The notes under the pieces: generated by a model
What the model was told of the DNA's origin: nothing
Seen by the model: only the letters and a program-made list of their open reading frames with translations
Databases searched by the model: none
Shown here: positions 35,977-45,247 of the stretch, piece by piece
How positions within the stretch are numbered: the stretch's first letter is position 1
Layout: each line of letters starts with the position of its first letter
Program-made: the position numbers and the translations under genes
IMG/VR virus record: IMGVR_UViG_3300009082_000016
Coordinates: 108,724-172,723 of that record
Strand: one strand, 5' to 3'
Source: a virus
DNA: 64,000 bases

Positions 35977-37279
35977 CGCGGTCCTCCTTCTTGCTGCAGT
36001 AGACGGTCGCCGGGCAGTTCGCGCACTCCGGCGACAGGGACTCGATCACGCGCGGCGCGAGCCGGCTCTCGCACGCCGTGCGAGGGCACTCGGCGCAGAT
36101 CGACTCCGTCGCGTGCTCGGTCGCGCAGGTCTCCTCCGTCAAGGCGTGTTCGCAATCCGTATTTTCGCAGTCGACACAGTTCCAGAAGGTCTGGTCGTTC
36201 GTCTGCGAGCGCCAGCACCGGTTGCGTTCGCGATCACGATAGATGCAATCCGCGTTGCACTCCAGGCAGTCCGCCTGATCGTGATCGTCGTGGCACCGGG
36301 TGGCAGCATCCTCCCGGAACGGACAATCATCCTCGTCGCAGCAGACACAGTCACGGGCACTGGCCGTATCGTAGCAGCGGTCGTACCGGTTGTTCCCCTC
36401 GTCGTCGCTCTCCTCGTCCATCCGACGGTAGGACCCCTCCGGGTAGTAGGACTCGAGGAACTCGCGGATCAACGCGCAGCATTCGCCGATGCGGCCGGCT
36501 GCCAACGTGGCGTGTACCCGGGCACCGATGTTGCCCCAGCACGGGCGGCCGTCGCTCGAGATGTGCGGATGGTAGTACGACTCCGATCCCGGGAGGTACT
36601 TGCCGTTGCCGGCAGAGTGGATGGTGATGTCGAGGGTCTCGAAATCCATCTCGACATCGTACGGCCCCAGCACGTAGGTGCTGCGGGGGCTGTTGATGTT
36701 GTGCATCTCGATGGTGCCGGTCCGGATGACCATCTGGGATCCCGTGATCGGGCGTGGTGTGCCGAGCCGCAAAACCAGGCCCACCTCGAACTCGATATCG
36801 ATCTTCTCGTCGTTGAGGCTCTCGAACAACACCCGAGCCCCGAGCATGTTCCGGTACTTCTCGGCCAGGGCGGCCTCTGTTTGGCCGATTTCCGCTGCAA
36901 TCGACCTCGCCCGTTCCCCCGCGGCCTGGCAGAACGCCTTCCGGTACTCCTTCCAGTTCCGGGAGAGCTGGCCGGAGTCGCTCAACTCCTCCGGCGGATA
37001 CATGCTCCCGACGACTGCAAAGAACGTGTCGACCTTCGCCGGGTTGATCCGGCTGTGCAGCGTGATCTGGAGCGGGAACGAGGTGCTGATCCAGCCCAGC
37101 AGTCCCAGGTCGTCCGGGTCCTCGACTACCACGCCCCGATTCGGTCGGTAATCTCCGATCGAAACGGAGACCGTACCGGTCGCCGAAGGGTTCGCGACCT
37201 TGTTGGCGATCGAGGTCTTCCATTTCGACGCGTACCACAGGCACGCGTCGCGAACAGCACTTTGGAGATCCATGTGCAT
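35966..37279 (-). CDS. prokaryotic E2-like conjugating enzyme with Cys-rich tail
   Basis: YHPHISSDGRPCWGN (E2 HPN/HPH...G.xC motif); operon context. Confidence 0.78.
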   Translation of the reverse strand: MHMDLQSAVRDACLWYASKWKTSIANKVANPSATGTVSVSIGDYRPNRGVVVEDPDDLGLLGWISTSFPLQITLHSRINPAKVDTFFAVVGSMYPPEELSDSGQLSRNWKEYRKAFCQAAGERARSIAAEIGQTEAALAEKYRNMLGARVLFESLNDEKIDIEFEVGLVLRLGTPRPITGSQMVIRTGTIEMHNINSPRSTYVLGPYDVEMDFETLDITIHSAGNGKYLPGSESYYHPHISSDGRPCWGNIGARVHATLAAGRIGECCALIREFLESYYPEGSYRRMDEESDDEGNNRYDRCYDTASARDCVCCDEDDCPFREDAATRCHDDHDQADCLECNADCIYRDRERNRCWRSQTNDQTFWNCVDCENTDCEHALTEETCATEHATESICAECPRTACESRLAPRVIESLSPECANCPATVYCSKKEDRDAG

Positions 37280-37330
37280 GCGCGAGAGAAGAGGGAGCCG
37301 GACCGAAGTCCGGCCCCCCCTCCGCTCGTC

Positions 37331-37552
37331 CTACGACCGGCCGCCCACGACGTTCGGGACGCCGGTGACCAGGATGACGCTTCCGTCATCCTTCAGGATC
37401 GTGTCGGGGTAAACGACGTGGTCGTTCCCGAACTTCAGCGACAGCTTGTTGAGGCTGACGCCGGCCTTGTCGGCCGCGTCCTGCATGGAGGAGTCGGCCG
37501 GCACCTCGACCTCGTGCTCACCCCCGCCGAACACCATGATCCTGACCTTCAT
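37331..37552 (-). CDS. ubiquitin-like beta-grasp protein
   Basis: 73 aa with beta-grasp pattern; ends NVVGG-RS; first gene of the E2/JAB/E1 operon. Confidence 0.85.
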   Translation of the reverse strand: MKVRIMVFGGGEHEVEVPADSSMQDAADKAGVSLNKLSLKFGNDHVVYPDTILKDDGSVILVTGVPNVVGGRS

Positions 37553-37674
37553 GCGAACCTACCTTTCTTGGCGGGTGCTACCCGCCGTTCCCGGGAACAA
37601 AAAGGCTGCGGCCCTGCCGGCACCATGCCGGAGCGCCGCCCGTAGTCGAACAAAGAAGGGACCGACAAACGGGA

Positions 37675-38433
37675 CTAGGACCAGAAGGCGAGGTTGAAGG
37701 CGGCACTCAGCGCCGCGGGGAGGTCAACTCCCCAGACCTCGAGCTTGTCCGGCACGTCGGCGCCGGCGAACTCTTCGATGGAAATCCCCGGCGTGGGCGC
37801 CAGGGAGAACGTGATGGGGGCGATCACCTCCCGGAGGACGTTGCCGCGCAAGGCACCGACGAACTCGACGAGTCCGTCGCCGTAGTCGCCGTGACGCTCG
37901 AACGAGACGCCCACGGCCATCTCACCCCGGAGCACCCGCCCGAGGCGCGGGTGCTCGATGGTGGGGAACATGCGCCCGTCCGGGTCGACCCAGACACGGG
38001 TCTCCCCGTTCCGCCCCTCGATGGGCGCGGAGCGGCGCAGCAAAAGGTGCGGGTAAACCCGCACCGGCGAGTCGTCTCCCCCGAAGAGGCGGATGAACTC
38101 CGCCGCCTCCTCCATCACCCCGTCGATCGGGGCGGTGATCACCGCGGACACGAGTCCGCGGATCCTTCCGGTGCCCCGGCAGACGGGGCAGGGGACCAGG
38201 GCCGCGGTACTGCCACGGTCCTGCCTGAGGTACTTGTGCCCCAGGCATTCCGTGCAGGTGGTCTCCCGGACCCGGCTGTCGCCGGGGTCCCGAGGCTCGA
38301 AAGCCTCGAGACGCACCCCCGAGACCACCAGGTCGGGGGGAATCGGCGACGTTGTCATTTCCAAGAACGCCGCCTCGCGATCGAGACGGGCGTCCAGTGC
38401 CTCCGGCAGTACGATCCGCAGTTCCTTCGCCAT
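37675..38433 (-). CDS. hypothetical protein with RHH-like N-terminus and CxxCxG Zn finger
   Basis: GGAGG RBS before MAKELRIVLPEALDARL; CTECLG and CPVCRGTG. Confidence 0.6.
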   Translation of the reverse strand: MAKELRIVLPEALDARLDREAAFLEMTTSPIPPDLVVSGVRLEAFEPRDPGDSRVRETTCTECLGHKYLRQDRGSTAALVPCPVCRGTGRIRGLVSAVITAPIDGVMEEAAEFIRLFGGDDSPVRVYPHLLLRRSAPIEGRNGETRVWVDPDGRMFPTIEHPRLGRVLRGEMAVGVSFERHGDYGDGLVEFVGALRGNVLREVIAPITFSLAPTPGISIEEFAGADVPDKLEVWGVDLPAALSAAFNLAFWS

Positions 38434-38574
38434 GCTGACCTCCGCGCTATCGGGCCTTGCGTAGAACTTCCCCTTCTCCGGCCCAAAAAGAGGGGAAAGA
38501 ACCGGCCGAACGTCGTTCGGGATTCCAGATGCCTTATAGCGGAAGGCGCCCCACTTTTTGCAGAGCATGCTAGG

Positions 38575-38988
38575 ATGGGCTCGATGAAGGAGCTTTTCGA
38601 GGATCTGCTGGGCGTGGAGGCGCAGGAAATCCTGGTCGACACGCTCCAGCGCCGAGCCGAAGTGATGGCCCCGGGCGAGGTCGACGCCGTTCACCGGTTT
38701 TCAGCCGGCGAACCCCTCACGGAGATGGACAAGCTGTCGCTCAACGAGCTCGTCACGGCCATGGCGGACGATTTCGGCACCCGCCGGCGCTCCCAGGAGC
38801 TCCAGCGCATGATGCGGGAGGCCACCCCCCCGCCCGTGGAAGACGAAGAGGACTGGCTTCCCGAGGACGAGGAGGAGGTCCTGGGGGGCCCGGACGGCTC
38901 GGTAGGCCCGTTGATGGGGGAAATGCTCGAAGATCTCAAGGAAAATGAACCGGAAATGCCCGGGGACGACGACTTCGAGGACTTCTAG
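38575..38988 (+). CDS. acidic hypothetical protein, the only credible plus-strand gene
   Basis: Natural-looking acidic sequence filling the gap; converges on 38985. Confidence 0.6.
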   Translation: MGSMKELFEDLLGVEAQEILVDTLQRRAEVMAPGEVDAVHRFSAGEPLTEMDKLSLNELVTAMADDFGTRRRSQELQRMMREATPPPVEDEEDWLPEDEEEVLGGPDGSVGPLMGEMLEDLKENEPEMPGDDDFEDF

Positions 38989-39233
38989 TAGCGCCTGCCG
39001 CGGGCTTCCATCATCTTCCAGATCGAGGTCGGGCTGGCGTAGGAGTATCGGGGGAACTTGGTGGCCCCGGCGAGCATCGCGGCGAGGCCGCCATAGCCCT
39101 GGACCATGGCGGGGTCGACGCCCGACTGGGCCATCAGGACGTCGGCGGCGGACGGGGCGCCCTGGGCGTACTTCCGAAAGGCGTCCTGGAAGGCGGCCTC
39201 GTGGACGAGAGCGATGGCGTTCCCCTGGGTCAC
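38985..39233 (-). CDS. hypothetical protein downstream of tail tube
   Basis: GGAGG RBS. Confidence 0.55.
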   Translation of the reverse strand: MTQGNAIALVHEAAFQDAFRKYAQGAPSAADVLMAQSGVDPAMVQGYGGLAAMLAGATKFPRYSYASPTSIWKMMEARGRRY

Positions 39234-39243
39234 GGGACCTCCG

Positions 39244-39966
39244 CTACTCGGCCATCACCTCGGGCGGCGGGCGCAGGAACTCGTTGGTGCCCGTCATCAG
39301 CGGGATGACCTTCGTCTTGATCGGGACCAGCAGCTCGTACTGGATGCCGACCGACTCCTGGACGATGGTGCCCATGGCATCGGTGGCCCAGGTGTGGGTC
39401 GGGACCACGCAGTGCTCGAGGTAGAACGCCCCGAGCGTCTGCAGGTTGCTGTCCTTCAGGAAGAAGGCGAGCCCGACCGGCTGGTTGAACAGGTCGGACG
39501 CGAGGTTGAGGAAGAGGTTCTCGAAGCCCGGCGGGACGATGACGTCGTGCGGGTTCGCCATCACCGTCGCGCCGAGGTTCGGCCACATCCACTTCACCGT
39601 GGTCGGGCGCAGCACGTCCTGGTAGTAGGCGTAGACCATCCGCAGGAGCGACGCGCCGTGGTAGTGGATGCGCGAGAGGCCGACCTGGCCCACCGTCCGG
39701 CCCGGGATGAAGTAGCTGCGGTCGCTCCCAAGCTCGAAGATGCGGCTGAAGTTCTTGTTCTGGCCCAGGTTGAAGTTCTGGATGATGCCGATCGGGTAGA
39801 CGATGTCATCCAGCTGGACCGAGCCGCCGCCCAGCACGGAACTGCCGACGACGGAGAGCCGCGGCGGGCCGGCGGAGACGGAGAAGAAGTTGCCCGCAAC
39901 AAATTGCCCATCTCTCAGGCCGCGTTGAACATACGAAGTGTACGGGTTCTGATCCGAAAAGCTCAT
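39244..39966 (-). CDS. tail tube protein
   Basis: PIGIIQNFNLGQ...RIFELGS...YFIPG; downstream of sheath. Confidence 0.75.
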   Translation of the reverse strand: MSFSDQNPYTSYVQRGLRDGQFVAGNFFSVSAGPPRLSVVGSSVLGGGSVQLDDIVYPIGIIQNFNLGQNKNFSRIFELGSDRSYFIPGRTVGQVGLSRIHYHGASLLRMVYAYYQDVLRPTTVKWMWPNLGATVMANPHDVIVPPGFENLFLNLASDLFNQPVGLAFFLKDSNLQTLGAFYLEHCVVPTHTWATDAMGTIVQESVGIQYELLVPIKTKVIPLMTGTNEFLRPPPEVMAE

Positions 39967-40625
39967 TGATTCCGCTCCTTTCCGGTCTCATCCTTCACGA
40001 TATGGACGAGATTCCGGAGCTCACGTTCCTTCTCGTGCGGGCAGTACCCGTAGAAACCTCTGGACAGGTTGCAGTTGTGGCACAGGACGCGGAAGCCGAC
40101 CGGGTAGCCGTGCTTCTTGATCCAGCTGTAGATGGTCCGGGCCCCACTGGCCTTGATCTCCTGGCGGTGCTGTGCCCCGTCATTGTTCTCGTGGTCCATC
40201 GACAGGAACTCGATCCTGGCTTCCCCGCAGCACGCGCACTTGGGCGGGTCACCGCCATAGTGCTTCAGGACTTCTACCCGAAGCTGGTGGGTCCACTTGC
40301 GGTGCAGTTCATTCCAGCAGGGCTTGCAGTAAGACTGCGTCGTCCTGTACCGCTTGTCCTGATGGAAGAACTCGATCGTGTTGGGGTAGACCTTACTGCA
40401 ACGCCGGCAGGTCTTCATCCCTTCGGGAGCATCGTCGATCATCTGGGCGCTGTAGTCAGATCCTCTCTTCGCCGCGTAGGCCGCCGTAGCCCGCTTCGTC
40501 CAGCAGGCCTTGCAGGTGTTTCGCCGGCCTTCACCCAGCTTCACAAACTCCTCCGCCCCCTTCGTCTCCCCGCACTTGCGGCAGGTACGAACGGTCGGAG
40601 GGTTCTTGGCCGGGCGTCCCGTCAC
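39963..40625 (-). CDS. free-standing HNH endonuclease with Zn-knuckle repeats
   Basis: Two CxxC...CxxC modules; CACCGE..IEFLSMDH...VLCHNCN. Confidence 0.8.
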   Translation of the reverse strand: MTGRPAKNPPTVRTCRKCGETKGAEEFVKLGEGRRNTCKACWTKRATAAYAAKRGSDYSAQMIDDAPEGMKTCRRCSKVYPNTIEFFHQDKRYRTTQSYCKPCWNELHRKWTHQLRVEVLKHYGGDPPKCACCGEARIEFLSMDHENNDGAQHRQEIKASGARTIYSWIKKHGYPVGFRVLCHNCNLSRGFYGYCPHEKERELRNLVHIVKDETGKERNQ

Positions 40626-40633
40626 GTTCTCCC

Positions 40634-43600
40634 CTACACGACGATGCGGACCCGCACGCGGTTGAGCGGCGGCTCCAGTTCGGCGTCCAGCTCGACGAGG
40701 ATCTCGTCCTCGTCGCCATCGCTCAGCCCCTCCGCCAGGTCTTCCGGCGTCGCCTTGAACGGCCCGATCGTGACCGTCGGGTCGTGGGCGCCCTTCCAGA
40801 CGTGGTTCTGGACCAGGAAGTCGAGCACGCCCTGGACGATCACGGTGAGCTGCTGGACCGACTGGGTGTTGACGGTCATCGTCCCGACCATCGGCTCCAG
40901 GGCGCTGCGGATCGCCTTCGCGCCGTAGTCGAGGGCGCAGGTCATGCTGAACTCGCGCGTCTTGACCGACGTCGGGTCCGAGGTCAGCTGCATCCGGGTG
41001 AGGACGGACCCGGTGACGTCGTCGTTCTTCCACCACCAGATGCCGTAGCCGGCCGCCTGGTCCATCTGCGCCTCGGTGAAGTAGCCGTTGGCGTTGAAGA
41101 CGCGGGTGAACCCGGTGACCGGGCTCTTCGACTGCGGCTTCGACGGCAGCATCTTGCACCGCTGGGCCATGGTGGCCGCGGCGAGGTAGTAGGTCGGCAG
41201 CCGCTGGGCGATGCCGCCGACGGTCGCCTCGCAGTCGCCGGGGGCGCCGACGAGGATGCGGCGGAACTTGAAGGTGGTCGCCCGCTTGCCGATGGCCTTG
41301 GCGATCGCCTCCTTGTCCGGGAGGCCGGCGGTGTCGAGCAGCAGGTCGCCGCGCACCGAGATCGAGAACGTCTTGTCGATGATCGCCCCCGTCCACAGCG
41401 TGGGGGCGGCGGGGTTCCCGGCCCAGAACGAGTCGGTCGTGGTGTAGGTCTTGGTGCAGATGACCGTCGTACCGGCGTACGACTTGACCATGTAGTGCTT
41501 GGTGTCGCCCTCGATGCTGAGGTAGACGCCGTCCGAGCCGTCGGCCGCGAAGGACGAAGCCGTGACGCCCGCCGCCAGGAACAGGTCGGCGAGGTCGGGC
41601 AGGTTCGTCTGGAACGCGACGTCGGTGCCCGCGCCCGGATCGGCCGCGTTGCCCTGCGTCCCCGAGCCGACCAGCGCCGGCTCGTCCCGCGTCGGGATCG
41701 GGAACGTGATCATGCCCGCCCGCTCGCCCTTCTGCTTCGTGTGGCTCATGTAGACCACGTGCTGGTCGAGCAGGATGCCGACATCGAGGTCCTGCGAGAG
41801 GACGGCGATCGGGTAGGTCACGTTGTAGGACTGCAGGACGGCGAAAGCCCGGGCGTACGCCGCCGGCGTCCCCTCCGGGTAGTCGTCGGTGACCTCGTCG
41901 ACGCCCAGCAGGGCGATCGGGACGATGTCCGAGTTGAGCAGGGAGAAGTACCCGGCGAGCCCCAGCGGGTTCTGGGCGTCCAGCGGGGAGAACTGGCTCT
42001 CCAGACCGGCGAAGTCGTTGCCCAGGATGAGCACCGGGCCGACGTCGCGGGTGGTCGCCTTGGCGGTGACATCGAGGCGGAGCGCCTCGTAGAACACCGG
42101 CAGCTGCGCCTTCGCGTACGTCACGTTCATCGTCGGGTACAGCGGCTGGCCGAAGTTGCCGCGCAGGGTGTCGTGCCGGAACTGGGTCAGGTACTCCGTC
42201 ACGTACAGCTCGGGGCTGGCGTAGTCGGTGACCTGCTTCGCATCGGTCTGCGCCGACACGTTCTTCGAGACGATCCACCAGGTGTGCTTCGTCGGGTTGG
42301 TGGTGATCGGGTCGTCGAAGTAGTCGATGCGGAACTCGTGGTCGAGCCGGATCTGCGCGTCCACCGAGCCGGCAACGCCACCGATGACGATCTGGCTGAT
42401 CACCGCGAACAGGGAGCCGTCGACCCACAGCTCATCGCCGACGCGGACCTGCTGGTAGTTGCCGCGCCAGGTCTTCGGGTAGGTGCCCGCGCCGAACAGC
42501 CAGACGGCGTGGGTGCCCCACACCCGGACGATGCTCTCGCGCCCGAAGCGGGACGACTGGATGCGGACGGCGCCCGGGGTGACCGGATCGTCGATCGCCG
42601 TGACCGGATCGGGGCCGTAGGCCGGGAAACGGTCGTTGATGGCGTCGAGCACGTCGGCCTCGACGACGCCCGTCGCGTTGGAGATCTGGATGCGCTGGGC
42701 CGCCCAGCCGTCGATCTGGACCCAGAAGTCCAGGGCCGCGTACGTCTGCGACCAGCGGCAGGGGTTGACCTCGAAGCCCCACACGCCGGTCTCGAGGCAG
42801 CGCCAGTAGGTGCCGCCGTTCGACGTGCCGGCCAGGATGTTGACGACCGCCTTCGGGAACTCGGCCTCGAGGTCCAGGTCGCCGACGCGGGTGAGCACGA
42901 AGGGCACGCCGGGGCCGCCGGCGGTGGTCACTTCGTAGACGCCGTTGGTCACGCTGCCCGCCTCGTCCTTCACGAGCAGGCGGTTGGTGTTGACAAGCGC
43001 CACGCCGTCGATGAGCGGCAGGCCGACGCCCACGCCGTTCTCCGTCAGGGTGAACGCGGGCCCGGCCGCGTAGGTGCAGGCCGGCAGGGCGCCCGTGGTC
43101 GCCGCGTGGCAGGCCGGCTTCGCGACACCGGCGCCGCCGACCCACGGCGGGATGGTCGTGTTGACGAGGACGGCCGAGGTCGGCGCGGCGTCGAAGTCGG
43201 GGAGGTAGTCGTCCTGGGCGACCGACAGCATGTCGGCGATGTCGCTCGGGTACGCCTTCTGGGTCCCGGCGGACGCCTTGAACAGCAGGAGCGGGGTGGT
43301 CCCGTCGCCGTCACCGTCGTCCAGCATGTCCAGGAACGACTGGCCGGCGCGGCTGATCGCCTCGGTCCGGTACAGCTCCTTCTTCACCGCGGTCTCGCTG
43401 GTGAGGAAGCCGCGGACGGTGTCCTCGAGGATGTCGAGGTCGGGGCGCAAGTTCCACGGGTCGGGCAGGAGGTTCTGGGTGACGAGCAGCCGGTCGTTGC
43501 TGTACTGGTCGTAGCCCAGGGAGAACCACGCCCGCGGCAGGTGCAGGCCGTCGGCCAGCACGGTCGTCGCGCTCGTCCAGGTCGCCTTCAGGCTTGCCGA

Positions 43601-44044
43601 CTCGCCCTTCGAGGTCGTGCGGATGCGGGGGAGCGAGAGCGTGGACGACACCGGCACTTCGTCGGCGATGAGCTCGAGCAGGAGGGTGGCGATCTGCTCG
43701 TTGAGGTACGTGATGAAGGAGCGGAGGGTCCAGGTGGCCGCGGTGAAGGTCACCGACTTGGACGGACCGTTGTTGACCTCAAGGGCCAGCACCTCGGGCG
43801 CGGCCGTGATGATCGAGGCCGTCGGACTGATGCCCGCGAGGTACAGATGGGGCTGGTAGAGCGCCGGCAGCTGGATGCGGGCGTCCTCATTGAGGCTCCC
43901 GTCCGTCAGCGTGACCTCCAGCACCTTCTTGCACGGGCCGACGACCACCGGCAGAAGTACCGGGGAGCTCACGGCCGCGGGGGTGCTCCGTACGGCCTGG
44001 ACGACGTCGACTCCGGGCTCACGAATCGGGGTGGGGTCGGTCAT
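40634..44044 (-). CDS. contractile tail sheath protein (1136 aa)
   Basis: N-terminal EPGVDV; C-terminal QLTSDPTSVKTREFS...LDY...PLNRVRVRI; upstream of tube. Confidence 0.82.
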   Translation of the reverse strand: MTDPTPIREPGVDVVQAVRSTPAAVSSPVLLPVVVGPCKKVLEVTLTDGSLNEDARIQLPALYQPHLYLAGISPTASIITAAPEVLALEVNNGPSKSVTFTAATWTLRSFITYLNEQIATLLLELIADEVPVSSTLSLPRIRTTSKGESASLKATWTSATTVLADGLHLPRAWFSLGYDQYSNDRLLVTQNLLPDPWNLRPDLDILEDTVRGFLTSETAVKKELYRTEAISRAGQSFLDMLDDGDGDGTTPLLLFKASAGTQKAYPSDIADMLSVAQDDYLPDFDAAPTSAVLVNTTIPPWVGGAGVAKPACHAATTGALPACTYAAGPAFTLTENGVGVGLPLIDGVALVNTNRLLVKDEAGSVTNGVYEVTTAGGPGVPFVLTRVGDLDLEAEFPKAVVNILAGTSNGGTYWRCLETGVWGFEVNPCRWSQTYAALDFWVQIDGWAAQRIQISNATGVVEADVLDAINDRFPAYGPDPVTAIDDPVTPGAVRIQSSRFGRESIVRVWGTHAVWLFGAGTYPKTWRGNYQQVRVGDELWVDGSLFAVISQIVIGGVAGSVDAQIRLDHEFRIDYFDDPITTNPTKHTWWIVSKNVSAQTDAKQVTDYASPELYVTEYLTQFRHDTLRGNFGQPLYPTMNVTYAKAQLPVFYEALRLDVTAKATTRDVGPVLILGNDFAGLESQFSPLDAQNPLGLAGYFSLLNSDIVPIALLGVDEVTDDYPEGTPAAYARAFAVLQSYNVTYPIAVLSQDLDVGILLDQHVVYMSHTKQKGERAGMITFPIPTRDEPALVGSGTQGNAADPGAGTDVAFQTNLPDLADLFLAAGVTASSFAADGSDGVYLSIEGDTKHYMVKSYAGTTVICTKTYTTTDSFWAGNPAAPTLWTGAIIDKTFSISVRGDLLLDTAGLPDKEAIAKAIGKRATTFKFRRILVGAPGDCEATVGGIAQRLPTYYLAAATMAQRCKMLPSKPQSKSPVTGFTRVFNANGYFTEAQMDQAAGYGIWWWKNDDVTGSVLTRMQLTSDPTSVKTREFSMTCALDYGAKAIRSALEPMVGTMTVNTQSVQQLTVIVQGVLDFLVQNHVWKGAHDPTVTIGPFKATPEDLAEGLSDGDEDEILVELDAELEPPLNRVRVRIVV

Positions 44045-44052
44045 GGCTTCTC

Positions 44053-44835
44053 CTACTCCTCTTTCGGCTCAGCCGTTCGTGTCGATGATGGCATAACCGA
44101 CGAATCTTGGGAAGAGGGCCGCTCCCAGCGGCGGGCGTCCTTCCCGATGTCGGCAGGGTCCAAACTGCGTGGCGCAGCCGATCCCACGTTCAACGGGGGA
44201 GGCAACTGCGCCAGTTGACCTGTGATGCGGGTGCGGATGGCCTTCAGGATCGGATCGCCGAGCGGGAGCGTTCGGGTGCGCCGCATGCAGCGGTAGGGCA
44301 CGACCGCCGGCACGGCGATCAGGCCCTTGCTCTCCCCGTCGACCAGCGACCCGGCGGGGCCGGGCTGCTCGACCGTCAAACCTCCGCTCACCAGGAATCC
44401 GTAGTGCGCCAGGATCTCCTGCTGTGACCAGATCATCTCGGCGGTGAAGAAGGCCAGGTTCTCGGCCTCCGCCTCGTCCCTGGAGATGTGCTGGATGATG
44501 AACATCCCATTGAGCAGGTCTTCCCGGATGACGGAACCGTCTCGCCAGTTCCCGCCGGCGAGGGCGCCGATGCCGGTGGCGGCGAACTGCATGCCGCTAC
44601 GGGAGACGACAATCGCCGGGTACGTGCCGAACGACTCCGGCTTGACCGGCGCGAACGCGCCGACGAACACCCGCGACTTCTGCTTGTCCTCGTCCCAGTG
44701 GTACTGGTCGGTCTGCGCGTAGTAGACACCCTGCACGAACCCGGTCATCACCTGCCGGGCAAACAGCACCGGGTTGCTGGCCCAGGTGTCGGCCGACGAC
44801 CACTTCTCCACAACCGGGATCTTCGGAGCAGGCAT
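44053..44835 (-). CDS. putative tail completion/terminator protein
   Basis: YPAIVVSR motif; position between neck and sheath. Confidence 0.55.
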   Translation of the reverse strand: MPAPKIPVVEKWSSADTWASNPVLFARQVMTGFVQGVYYAQTDQYHWDEDKQKSRVFVGAFAPVKPESFGTYPAIVVSRSGMQFAATGIGALAGGNWRDGSVIREDLLNGMFIIQHISRDEAEAENLAFFTAEMIWSQQEILAHYGFLVSGGLTVEQPGPAGSLVDGESKGLIAVPAVVPYRCMRRTRTLPLGDPILKAIRTRITGQLAQLPPPLNVGSAAPRSLDPADIGKDARRWERPSSQDSSVMPSSTRTAEPKEE

Positions 44836-45239
44836 CAGTCAAACGCCGCGTGAGGCGCCGTCCGGACCGCGGTGCGCCCCGTCACCCACGGCTCCTCCTC
44901 CCAATCCTTGAGCTGCCACCGCTTCGGCGGCATCTTCCGCGCCATGTCCTGGCGGGTGACCAGCTGCCCCGGCTCGAGCAGGCTGAGCTTGCGGAGCATC
45001 GCCGCACCCTTCGCGAGTGCGTTGGACCGTTCGCCGAGCGGTTCGGTACGCGCGGTGCCACGGCCGCTGTAGTTCCAGGGCTCTTCGTCGTAGTCCCGGT
45101 CGGTGTGGGCCCGGTTGGGCAGTTTCCGGGACATGATCTCGCGGGTCAGGAGCGTGCCGGGCTCGAGCAGGCTCTGCTTCGCCATCCACGCGCCCGCGAG
45201 CTTCGTGAAGACGTGGAGCATGACCGTCTCGGGATCCAT
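44835..45239 (-). CDS. hypothetical protein with internal duplication
   Basis: Two copies of SLLEPGxLxTR...EEPW..GR. Confidence 0.6.
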   Translation of the reverse strand: MDPETVMLHVFTKLAGAWMAKQSLLEPGTLLTREIMSRKLPNRAHTDRDYDEEPWNYSGRGTARTEPLGERSNALAKGAAMLRKLSLLEPGQLVTRQDMARKMPPKRWQLKDWEEEPWVTGRTAVRTAPHAAFD

Positions 45240-45247
45240 CTGGCACC

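Noticed and set aside
38985-39233. Tail assembly chaperone with programmed frameshift after the tube gene
   Set aside because: No slippery heptamer was seen and no tape-measure gene follows.
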